Source: Acidimicrobiales bacterium (lineage in GTDB: Bacteria > Actinomycetota > Acidimicrobiia > Acidimicrobiales > JACDCH01). Taken from it: DNA of 64,000 bases. Within the stretch, counting starts at the first letter, position 1. Every line of letters starts with the position of its first letter. Where the stretch lies: contig DASXPN010000008.1 of NCBI GenBank assembly GCA_036493595.1, forward strand, positions 12,041 through 76,040, given 5' to 3'. The translations under genes were made by a program, and so were the position numbers. Below the pieces are notes generated by a model. It did no database searches. It was not told the origin of the DNA and was given only the letters and a program-made list of their open reading frames with translations. This document shows positions 29,009 through 36,634 of the stretch, in pieces.

Positions 29009-30179
29009 CGCGCAACGTGTCGACGTACGTGCGGTGATTGCGGGCGAGCTCGTCGACCGAATCGCCGCCGAACTTGCGCATCACCTCGCCCGCCACCACC
29101 AGCGCCACCATGGTCTCGGCGACGACGCCCATCGCGGGAACGGCGGTGACGTCTGTGCGCTCCTTGAAGCTCACGGTCTCTTCTTTGGTGCGCATGTCGA
29201 CGGTCTTCAACACCGGCCGGTTGAGGGTGGCCAGCGGCTTCATCGCCGCACGCGCCACGAGCAACTCACCCGTCGACATCCCGCCTTCGAGACCACCGGC
29301 GGACGTGCCCTCGCGCCGGTAGCGCCCCTCGTCCGCGTCCCACGAGATGGCGTCGTGCGCGGTCGAGCCCGGGCGGCCGGCGACGTCGAACCCGTCGCCG
29401 ATCTCCACTGCTTTCACCGCGTGGATGCTCATCAATCCCTGCGCCAGCAGACCGTCGAGCTTGCGATCCCAATGGACGTAGCTGCCGAGCCCGACCGGCA
29501 CGCCGTAGCCGAGCACCTCGACGACGCCACCGAGCGAGTCGCCTTCCTTCGCGGCCGCTTTGATGGCGTCGATCATGGCCGCCTCGGCCGCGGGATCGAA
29601 GCTGCGAACGGGCGATTCGTCGACCGCGGCGAGATCGGTGGGTGTCGGGCGGTCGACGCTCTTCGTGCGGACCGCGCCGAGCTGGATCACGTGCGACACG
29701 ATCTCGGCGCCGAGCTCGCGCAGGAGCATCTTGGCGACGGCCCCCGCCGCGACCCGAGCCGCGGTCTCACGAGCGGACGCACGCTCGAGCACGTCACGGG
29801 CGTCGTCGAAGCCGTACTTCTGCATCCCCGTGAGGTCGGCATGGCCGGGGCGGGGCTTGGTCAGCGGAGATGCCGTCGGGCCGTGCTCAGCGGACGGCGA
29901 CATCTCCTTCTGCCACTTGTCGGGATCCTTCGTCCACTCGCTGTTGGCGATCTCGATGGCGAGCGGTGAGCCGAGCGTGCGCCCGTGGCGGACGCCGCCC
30001 ACCAACGTCAACTCGTCCGCCTCGAACCGCATGCGGGGGCCGCGGCCGTAGCCGAGGCGGCGTCTGGCCAACTCGTCGGCAATGCCGTCGACGGCCACCG
30101 GCAGCCCGGCCGGCAGCCCTTCGACGATCACGACGAGCGCCCGCCCGTGCGATTCGCCCGCGGTGAGGTAGCGGAGCAT
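29001..30179 (-). CDS. aroC: chorismate synthase
   Basis: Track ORF 29001..30422(-), trimmed to ATG 30179 (MLRYLTAGESHGRALVVIVEGLPAGL...RPGHAD...). Confidence 0.93.
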   Translation of the reverse strand: MLRYLTAGESHGRALVVIVEGLPAGLPVAVDGIADELARRRLGYGRGPRMRFEADELTLVGGVRHGRTLGSPLAIEIANSEWTKDPDKWQKEMSPSAEHGPTASPLTKPRPGHADLTGMQKYGFDDARDVLERASARETAARVAAGAVAKMLLRELGAEIVSHVIQLGAVRTKSVDRPTPTDLAAVDESPVRSFDPAAEAAMIDAIKAAAKEGDSLGGVVEVLGYGVPVGLGSYVHWDRKLDGLLAQGLMSIHAVKAVEIGDGFDVAGRPGSTAHDAISWDADEGRYRREGTSAGGLEGGMSTGELLVARAAMKPLATLNRPVLKTVDMRTKEETVSFKERTDVTAVPAMGVVAETMVALVVAGEVMRKFGGDSVDELARNHRTYVDTLRDG

Positions 30180-30229
30180 CGAAGCGATGGTACTGGGGAG
30201 CCTCGAACCGTCCGCAGACGGTTGTGCCT

Positions 30230-30904
30230 CTACACCAGGTACTTCTCGAACGTCAGCACGACGTAGATCACCGCGACGGCGAGCGCGGGGCCGAACGGGA
30301 ACGCCCCACCGCGGCCCTGCACGAGCCGCCACACGATGCCGAACACGATGCCGAAGATGCATCCGAAGAACAGGGCGATGAGCACGAGGTACACGGCTGA
30401 GAAGTACGACGTCGCCAGCCATCCGAGGCTGAGCCCCATGAGCAACGCGAGCTTCACGTCACCGAAGCCCATGCCCTTCGGGTAGATGACGTGGAACAGG
30501 AACAGGATGCCGAAGTACGTGAGCAAGCCCGCGCCCGCGAACCGCAGCACGCGGAACGCATCGCCGGCGTCGGGAAGCACGATGAACGACGCGAGCACGA
30601 TGAGAACGATCGTGACGGCGAGCCCCGGGAACACGAACCGGTCCGGTATGCGGAACAGGCGTAGGTCGACGACCGACACGGCGAGCAACACGGAGAACAC
30701 GACGAGGTAGGGCAACACGATCCAGCCCCGCGAGAACTTGTTGGCGGCGAGCGCCCACAGGCCGGCATTGCAGATCACGATGCCGGCCATGGCGAGCGGC
30801 GTCGGATTCCAGCGCTCCGGGATGGCCCGCAGGGCCGGCACGATGACGACGGCACCGGCCACCGCACCGAGCACGGCACAAAAGACGACGGCTCCGGTGC
30901 TCAT
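30230..30904 (-). CDS. A24 family prepilin peptidase (no methyltransferase domain)
   Basis: 224 aa polytopic membrane protein. Two catalytic Asp contexts: VVDLRLFRIPD and GMGFGDVKL (GxGDxKL). Confidence 0.8.
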   Translation of the reverse strand: MSTGAVVFCAVLGAVAGAVVIVPALRAIPERWNPTPLAMAGIVICNAGLWALAANKFSRGWIVLPYLVVFSVLLAVSVVDLRLFRIPDRFVFPGLAVTIVLIVLASFIVLPDAGDAFRVLRFAGAGLLTYFGILFLFHVIYPKGMGFGDVKLALLMGLSLGWLATSYFSAVYLVLIALFFGCIFGIVFGIVWRLVQGRGGAFPFGPALAVAVIYVVLTFEKYLV

Positions 30905-30931
30905 GGCGTGCAGACGCTAATGGGGATCGTT

Positions 30932-30984
30932 CGAACTCCGGGTCCATTGCGGGGCCCTGGCCCCGCAATGGCGCCAACATTCGG
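30932..30984 (+). repeat. intergenic stem-loop element, copy 2
   Basis: CGAACTCCGGGTC (30932..30944), palindrome CATTGCGGGGCC-CT-GGCCCCGCAATG (30945..30970), then GCGCCAACATTCGG (30971..30984). Confidence 0.8.
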
Positions 30985-30995
30985 ACGGGGTGGGG

Positions 30996-31127
30996 TCAGT
31001 GGCTCAGCATCACTGGCAGCGCGATCGCCAGCGCGACGACGAGCACGAGTACGACGACGAGCAACTCGGTAGGGGTCAGACCGTCGCGTTGCTCGGTTGA
31101 CGCGGACCGTTGCCACGGGGCTCGCAT
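30996..31127 (-). CDS. 43-aa pilin/Flp-like small hydrophobic protein (candidate prepilin peptidase substrate)
   Basis: Below the track length cutoff; translated by hand as MRAPWQRSASTEQRDGLTPTELLVVVLVLVVALAIALPVMLSH. A charged leader ends in G, Glu sits at +5 after the G, then about 20 hydrophobic residues follow. About 80% G/C at third codon positions. An alternative in-frame ATG lies at 31157. Confidence 0.45.
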   Translation of the reverse strand: MRAPWQRSASTEQRDGLTPTELLVVVLVLVVALAIALPVMLSH

Positions 31128-31134
31128 GGACTGG

Positions 31135-31590
31135 TTATCGCCAAGCAGGCGATCCATCTTGAGGGGTCGACACGTTCGGTCGCTGTGGTGCGCGCCATGC
31201 GTGCAGAAGCAAGAGCGCAGGAACGATCACGGTCACTGCCAGTGACGTGGTCTGGGCGACCTTGTCGGTCGTCGAGAACACGTCCAGATGGAACAGGTGG
31301 TAGAGGAAGTGCGGCGCGGCATTCACGAGGGCTGCACCCGCGAGCACCTGCACCAGGTACAGGACCGGACGCACGAGCGCGGCCAGCGCGATTGCCGCGA
31401 GCGCGAGGTTGAGCGTGCCGACATCGCGGACCAGATGCTCGTTGTAGGGGCCGTTGACCGACACCCAGTGGTGTCCGCCTCCGGGGAAGTCGTCGTAGAA
31501 CGACTTGGGCGCGAGCGCCGCCCACACGCCGACGAGTGCGAAGTTGAAGACCGTCAGCGCCAGCAGGACACGCGTGTAGGTGTCACGCAT
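31135..31590 (-). CDS. hypothetical integral membrane protein
   Basis: Track ORF 31135..31620(-), with start taken at ATG 31590. About four predicted hydrophobic helices. Contains FYDDFPGGGHHWVSVNGPYNEHLVRDVG. No family recognised. Confidence 0.6.
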   Translation of the reverse strand: MRDTYTRVLLALTVFNFALVGVWAALAPKSFYDDFPGGGHHWVSVNGPYNEHLVRDVGTLNLALAAIALAALVRPVLYLVQVLAGAALVNAAPHFLYHLFHLDVFSTTDKVAQTTSLAVTVIVPALLLLHAWRAPQRPNVSTPQDGSPAWR

Positions 31591-32503
31591 CGGCTGTGTC
31601 CCGCGCCAGCAAGCCGTCACGGGCGGAGCGGTACTTCGGTCTCCATCCGGTTGCGGCTTTGAACTTGTCGTTGCGGACCCGGCTCGATCGCGTCACGACG
31701 ATCGACGAGTTGCCGACCAGCCTCGTGAGCCGGCCCGGCAAGTAGATCCACGGCCGCTTTCCCACGGCCTCGCCCAGGGCGTTCGCGTATGCCTTCTTCG
31801 TCATCGGCTCGTCGTCCACCACGTTGTACACGCCGGATGCGCTCTCGACTGGCATCTCGAGCGTGGCGACAACGGCCGACGCGGCGTCGGCGAGATGGAT
31901 CGACGACTGGTACGCGCGAGGGCGCCCCGCGCGCGGGCCGATGTGGCGGCGAGCCGCCCGCAGGAACTCGTCGGACTGTGCGCTCCCCGGCCCGTAGAAG
32001 AACCCGAATCGCAACACGACGCCGGCACGACCGGCCTCGGTGAAGCGCGCCGCGTTGCGTTCTGCCACGAGGCCGGCATCGATGCCGGGTGGCGCGTCGA
32101 CGGGGCTGTCCTCGTCGAGCCAGCGGTCACCGCCGTCGGCCATCATGAAGCTGATGGACTCCTGGATCAGCCGCGGCACACCCGCGGCCAGCGCGGCGTC
32201 GACGACCGCGGTCGATCCCTCCTTGCGGATACGGGTGTTCATCTCCCACGCCGCCTTGAACGCAGCCTTCGTCGGCGGGATGGATGTGGCGAGATTGGCG
32301 ACGGCGTCGTGACCTGCGAACGCGGCTGTCAATCCCTCGACGTCGAAGAGCGAGACGTGCACAGGATGCGTGCCCTGCGCTTCGAGTGACGACGCCTTCG
32401 CGTCGTCTCGCGCCAGGGCGCTCACCTCGTGCCCTGCATCGATCAGAGCCGGGATCACGAACCGCCCGATCGCTCCCGTCCCTCCTGTGACGAACACCTT
32501 CAT
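31583..32503 (-). CDS. NAD(P)-dependent epimerase/dehydratase-family (atypical SDR) protein
   Basis: Track ORF 31583..32965(-), trimmed to ATG 32503, forming an ATGA overlap with the Rrf2 stop. MKVFVTGGTGAIGRFV is a Rossmann GxxGxxG motif. Confidence 0.78.
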   Translation of the reverse strand: MKVFVTGGTGAIGRFVIPALIDAGHEVSALARDDAKASSLEAQGTHPVHVSLFDVEGLTAAFAGHDAVANLATSIPPTKAAFKAAWEMNTRIRKEGSTAVVDAALAAGVPRLIQESISFMMADGGDRWLDEDSPVDAPPGIDAGLVAERNAARFTEAGRAGVVLRFGFFYGPGSAQSDEFLRAARRHIGPRAGRPRAYQSSIHLADAASAVVATLEMPVESASGVYNVVDDEPMTKKAYANALGEAVGKRPWIYLPGRLTRLVGNSSIVVTRSSRVRNDKFKAATGWRPKYRSARDGLLARDTADA

Positions 32504-32988
32504 CGCACTGCCTCCTGGAACCAGCCGGCGGCCTTGCGAACGGCCACCGGACTCACGCTGACGGATAGATGCACCAGCACGTCGTTGACGGTCTGACGAC
32601 CGAGCTCGGCTCGCCACGCGTCCTCGGCCCGTTGCATGGCGACATCGATGCCGCACGGCGACTTGTACGCAGAGGCCGCCATCCGAGCAGGGCCGCGGCG
32701 CCGGATCTCGGTGCACCGGAAGGCCGGACCCGTGCCCTCGACGGCGTCGACCACTTCGAGCAGCGTGATGTCCGTCGCCGCCCGGGCCAGCCGGTAGCCG
32801 CCCTTGCGACCGGGCACCGACTCGACGATCCCCGCCTGCGCCAGCGATTGCAGATGCTTCGCCAGATAGGCCGGCGGGACGCCGTGGTACTCGGCGAGAC
32901 GGGAAGCGGACAGGGTCCGGCCAGCCGGCACGAGCGACAGGACAGCGCAGCAATGCAACGCCCATTCGACGCCTTCGCCCAGCTGCAT
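32500..32988 (-). CDS. Rrf2 family transcriptional regulator
   Basis: Track ORF 32500..33024(-), with start taken at ATG 32988 (MQLGEGVEWALHCCAVLS...). The wHTH region is SASRLAEYHGVPPAYLAKHLQSLAQAGIVESVPGRKGGYRLA. Confidence 0.8.
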   Translation of the reverse strand: MQLGEGVEWALHCCAVLSLVPAGRTLSASRLAEYHGVPPAYLAKHLQSLAQAGIVESVPGRKGGYRLARAATDITLLEVVDAVEGTGPAFRCTEIRRRGPARMAASAYKSPCGIDVAMQRAEDAWRAELGRQTVNDVLVHLSVSVSPVAVRKAAGWFQEAVR

Positions 32989-32995
32989 AACTCGG

Positions 32996-33024
32996 ACTCT
33001 ATGAATCCGGATATGTGATGTCAA
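32996..33024 (-). promoter_or_regulatory. near-consensus housekeeping-type promoter, leaderless Rrf2 operon
   Basis: Minus strand reads TTGACA (33024..33019) - 17 nt - TAGAGT (33001..32996), then 7 nt, then ATG 32988. The spacer contains the 8-bp palindrome ATCCGGAT. Confidence 0.55.
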
Positions 33025-33038
33025 GGTTTAGAGGGCGG

Positions 33039-33091
33039 GCAACTCCGGGTCGTCGTGGCCGCTCCACGGGCCGCGACGCACCAACATTCGG
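33039..33091 (+). repeat. intergenic stem-loop element, copy 3 (different stem sequence, same flanks)
   Basis: GCAACTCCGGGTC (33039..33051). Stem CGTCGTGGCC (33051..33060) / GGGCCGCGACG (33068..33078) with one T-G pair. Right flank CACCAACATTCGG (33079..33091). Confidence 0.75.
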
Positions 33092-33093
33092 TC

Positions 33094-34110
33094 CTACGAG
33101 CGGACGGACGAGAGGAACTTCAGCAGCAAGCCGCGGTTGATCGGCTCGTCGTCGTCACCGGTCACTTCGGCCAGCGCCGCCTCGCGCTCTTCGTCGGTCT
33201 CGGCGCGAGCAGCAGCGGCGACCGCGCGTGCGGCCTTCGGGCTGAGCGATGCGAGCTGGCGGGCGACTTCGTCTGCTTCCGCGGGCTCGGTCACCGGCTC
33301 GTGGCCCGAACCGTTGCCGTTCGACGATCCGCCGTTCGAAGATGCGCTGTTCGAGGACGCCGTGCCGTTCGACAGTGCGTTGCCGTTCGAGGCCGCGACG
33401 ACGTCGATGTCGTGGTGCTCCGCCGGCGCCTCGTCGACACCCGGGATCTCGATCGAGAACGGAGCCTCGTGTGCGCTGTCGACCTCGTCGTGGGATGCGA
33501 GCTCGTCGAGGTCGATCGAATGGTCCCGAGCGGGAGCGCTCCCATTGGCCGTCGCGCCGCCCGGCGCGCGCGACACGGAGCCGAGTCCGAGCTCGACGAG
33601 ATCCTTGATCAGGCGGCACACCGCAACCTCGCCGAGGTCGAGTACGCGTCCGATGCTGTCGACGGTGGTACCGCTGCCGACCGCCACGATCGTCTTCCAC
33701 TGGTCGCTGTCGATGACGATCTCGGGCCGGGGCAACGCCTGCGCGAGGTTGACCCACGCGTCCATCGACGGCACGACAGCTTCGATCTCGCGCCACTCGA
33801 GCAGTTGACGCTCCGCGTCGACCAGCAATGGCTCGACGTCGGTCGGTGCCGACGGGCTCGCTGCCGCGGTGCCGGCTTCGAAGGTGAACGAGCCGTCGCC
33901 GTAGCGAAGCAACTCGAACAGCACGTCGACGGGTGAGGACGGACCGCGCAAGCCGGTCGCCTCCGATGCGACGACGCCGCCGCTGTCGACCCAAACGCTG
34001 CCAGTCCCGCGGTTGCCGCTCACCCGTAGCCGGCCGCTCTTCTTCGTGGACGCGAGAAGGCGGAGAACGTCGGGAAGCGCAAAGGTGTCGAGGGTGCCCT
34101 GCAGAGCCAC
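33094..34110 (-). CDS. DUF4388 (PATAN-like) domain protein with Asn/Ser/Gly-rich linker
   Basis: Track ORF 33094..34164(-), with start taken at GTG 34110, preceded by GGAGG at -7. VALQGTLDTFALPDVLRLLASTKKSGRLRV is the typical DUF4388 N-terminus. Confidence 0.7.
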   Translation of the reverse strand: MALQGTLDTFALPDVLRLLASTKKSGRLRVSGNRGTGSVWVDSGGVVASEATGLRGPSSPVDVLFELLRYGDGSFTFEAGTAAASPSAPTDVEPLLVDAERQLLEWREIEAVVPSMDAWVNLAQALPRPEIVIDSDQWKTIVAVGSGTTVDSIGRVLDLGEVAVCRLIKDLVELGLGSVSRAPGGATANGSAPARDHSIDLDELASHDEVDSAHEAPFSIEIPGVDEAPAEHHDIDVVAASNGNALSNGTASSNSASSNGGSSNGNGSGHEPVTEPAEADEVARQLASLSPKAARAVAAAARAETDEEREAALAEVTGDDDEPINRGLLLKFLSSVRS

Positions 34111-34202
34111 GGTTCGACCTCCGAGTGGCGTCTTGTGCTGATGCGTGCCGGTTGGCCTGCGCACTACATCGGCAACTCTGCGGACGATCTTCAGTGCCTT
34201 TG

Positions 34203-35057
34203 TCAGCCCCGCTGCGCCAGCACCGACGCGGCGGCCTCGGTCATGGCCGCAACCGGCGCGTCACACCCGGTCCACAGCCGAACGGCATGCGCCGCCTGCC
34301 GCACGAGCATCCCGAGACCGTTCGCCACCACGCTCCCCCGCTCGGCCGCCGCCCCCAGCAATGGTGTGACCGAAGGGTGGTAGACGAGGTCGACCACGGT
34401 GTGTGACGGGCCGAGCAACGCGGCGTCGAGTGGAAGCCGGTCGTCGAGCATCCCGACCGGAGTTGCGTTGACGACCAGCGTGGCGTCCGCGATCGCATCC
34501 GCCAGCCCGGCAGCAGGGCCGACCGCCGGGTCGACGACGCGGCCTCTCTCGCCGGCCAAGGCCAGGGCCCGTTGCGCGTTGGCGGGCGTGCGGTTGACGA
34601 TCGCGATGTCGGCCACACCCTCCCGGGCGAGCGCGAGCACGACGGCCCTCGCCGCGCCGCCCGCTCCGAGCATCACCGCGCGACAGCCCGCGAATTCGAA
34701 CCCGAGCTCGGCGCGCACTGCGTCGACGAACCCCGCTCCGTCGGTGTTCTCGCCGACGAGATCATCGCCGTCCGGCACGATGCAGTTGACCGCATCCAGC
34801 GCGGTCGCGTCAGGCGAGCATCGATCGACGAGCTGCGCCACCGCTTCCTTGTGCGGCATCGTGACCGACAGTCCGCCGAGTCGAAGCACGCGCATCGCGT
34901 CGAGTGCACGAGCGACATCGCCCGGCGCGACTTCGAACGCGACGTAGGACCAGTCGAGCCCGAGCGCTTCGAACGCGGCATTGACGATGGCGGGCGACAG
35001 CGAATGACGGAGCGGCGAACCGATCACGCCCGCCACCCGCGTCGTCCCCGAGATCAT
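34203..35057 (-). CDS. aroE: shikimate dehydrogenase
   Basis: Track ORF 34203..35195(-), trimmed to ATG 35057 (MISGTTRVAGVIGSPLRHSLSPAIVNAAF...SVTMPHK...GAGGAARAV). Confidence 0.9.
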   Translation of the reverse strand: MISGTTRVAGVIGSPLRHSLSPAIVNAAFEALGLDWSYVAFEVAPGDVARALDAMRVLRLGGLSVTMPHKEAVAQLVDRCSPDATALDAVNCIVPDGDDLVGENTDGAGFVDAVRAELGFEFAGCRAVMLGAGGAARAVVLALAREGVADIAIVNRTPANAQRALALAGERGRVVDPAVGPAAGLADAIADATLVVNATPVGMLDDRLPLDAALLGPSHTVVDLVYHPSVTPLLGAAAERGSVVANGLGMLVRQAAHAVRLWTGCDAPVAAMTEAAASVLAQRG

Positions 35058-35067
35058 GCCGTGCCGA

Positions 35068-36204
35068 TCAGTCGCAACCGAGTCCGGCGTCATGGCACCG
35101 CTGCTTGGCCGCTTCGAACTCGGCCGCGCTCGCGGTGAAGAAGTGGTGTCCGGCCGGCAGGTTCGGGTCGAGCACGTAGTACAGCTCGTCGCCATTGTCA
35201 GGATTCAGCGCTGCGTCGAGCGACGCACGACCGACGTTGGCGATCGGCGTGGGCGGCAACCCTGTGTTCTTGCGCGTGTTGTAGGGCGAGGTTTGGGTGA
35301 GGTCGCTCTGGTGCAGCACGCACGGCCGCTCGTCCTTCAGGTAGCACAGCGTCGCATCGACACCGAGGGGCATGCCCTGGTCGAGCCGGTTGTAGATCAC
35401 ACGCGCGATCTTCGGACGGTCCTCGTCGACCTTCGCCTCCTCCTCGACGAGCGACGCCACGATCAGCACCTCGTAGGGGCTGTGGCCGACACGGGCTTGC
35501 GCGTCCTGCAAGCCGAGCTCGGCTGCCACCTTGTCGAACTGCGCGGTCATCGTCTGCACGACGGTGTGCTCGTCGGCGCCCTCACCGATGTCGTAGGTGT
35601 CAGGGAACAAGAAGCCCTCGAGACTCCGCCCCTGCGGCTGGAAGATGGACTTGACCTGCCCGTCGGTCAAGGCCTGGCTGAGCTTGTCGGTCGACAGGGT
35701 CGGGATGTCCTTCACGATCTGGCCGGGCACCTGCCTGATGTTGAGCCCGGGCGGGACCGTGAACTGTTTCGTCGGGGGCGGCAACGGTCCCGCTTCGAGG
35801 GTGTGGATGACCTCGTCGGCTCGCGCGTGCTGCGTCAGCCGGTAGCTGCCGGCCTTGAACGGCCCGGCGCTCTTCCATCGCACGTACAGCTTGAAGAGGA
35901 ACGAGTTGTTGATGACGCCCTTCTGCTCGAGCAGGTCCGCGATCGAGTTCGTGGACGAACCGGTCGGCACGTCCACCACGACTTCGGTCTGGTTCCGTCC
36001 GGTCGGGAACAGTTGGCGATGCGCCCAGAATCCGACGACCGCGGCCAGGAGCACGAGCACGGTCGTGATGCTGAGCAGGACGATCAGCAACTTGCGCCGA
36101 GTCGACGGCTCCTCGCTCAGCAGTTCGTAGTCGGCATCGTCCTCATCGCCTACGTCGTCGATGTCATCGGATTTGGGGCCCGCGTCGCCACGGAGCTCAG
36201 TCAT
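35068..36204 (-). CDS. mltG: endolytic murein transglycosylase MltG (YceG family)
   Basis: 378 aa. N-terminal TM helix, then the YceG domain (LEGFLFPDTY...ASLVEEEA...SPYNTRKNTGLPPTPI). Confidence 0.88.
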   Translation of the reverse strand: MTELRGDAGPKSDDIDDVGDEDDADYELLSEEPSTRRKLLIVLLSITTVLVLLAAVVGFWAHRQLFPTGRNQTEVVVDVPTGSSTNSIADLLEQKGVINNSFLFKLYVRWKSAGPFKAGSYRLTQHARADEVIHTLEAGPLPPPTKQFTVPPGLNIRQVPGQIVKDIPTLSTDKLSQALTDGQVKSIFQPQGRSLEGFLFPDTYDIGEGADEHTVVQTMTAQFDKVAAELGLQDAQARVGHSPYEVLIVASLVEEEAKVDEDRPKIARVIYNRLDQGMPLGVDATLCYLKDERPCVLHQSDLTQTSPYNTRKNTGLPPTPIANVGRASLDAALNPDNGDELYYVLDPNLPAGHHFFTASAAEFEAAKQRCHDAGLGCD

Positions 36205-36634
36205 CGTTCTCGTCTCTTGATCGGCGTCGGTCGAGCCACGCCTGGAGCAGCACTGCGGCCGCGGCGCGGTCGATGACCGCAGTGCGGTTGTGACCGCGCA
36301 CGCCCTGTTGTCGGAGGTGTCGCTGCGCGGTCACGGTCGTGAATCGCTCGTCGACCGTGTCGACCGGGACCGACAGTGTCGCGCGCAGCTCCTCGACCTC
36401 GTCGAGCACGGCCCGCGCCGCCGGGCCTTCGGAGCCGTCGAGCGACAACGGCAGGCCGACCACCACCATCTCGGCACCCCACTCGTCCACGGTGGCGGCG
36501 ATGGCCCGGTGGTCGGCCTCATGGCTGCCCCGTGCCCGGACGATGGTGTCGACGGGCGTGGCGACGAGCTCGTCACGGTCGCTGACGGCAACCCCGATGC
36601 GCTTGGACCCGAGATCCAGCCCCAGGGCCCTCAC
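36197..36634 (-). CDS. ruvX: Holliday junction resolvase-like / pre-16S rRNA nuclease RuvX (YqgF)
   Basis: Track ORF 36197..37252(-), trimmed to GTG 36634, forming a GTGA overlap with the alaS stop. Starts VRALGLDLGSKRIGVAVSD and contains VVGLPLSLDGSEG. Confidence 0.88.
   Translation of the reverse strand: MRALGLDLGSKRIGVAVSDRDELVATPVDTIVRARGSHEADHRAIAATVDEWGAEMVVVGLPLSLDGSEGPAARAVLDEVEELRATLSVPVDTVDERFTTVTAQRHLRQQGVRGHNRTAVIDRAAAAVLLQAWLDRRRSRDENDD

Noticed and set aside
30932-33091. Considered that the flanking stem-loop elements are integron attC sites and that the four-gene block is a gene cassette array.
   Set aside because: I found no GTTRRRY / RYYYAAC core sites in the right places, no intI integrase or attI in the window, and the block is a multi-gene operon with its own promoter rather than promoterless single-gene cassettes.
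33290-33400. Degenerate repeats of the gccgttcga motif that superficially resemble a small repeat array.
   Set aside because: They lie inside the DUF4388 CDS and simply encode the Ser/Asn/Gly low-complexity linker. They are not a CRISPR or an intergenic VNTR.
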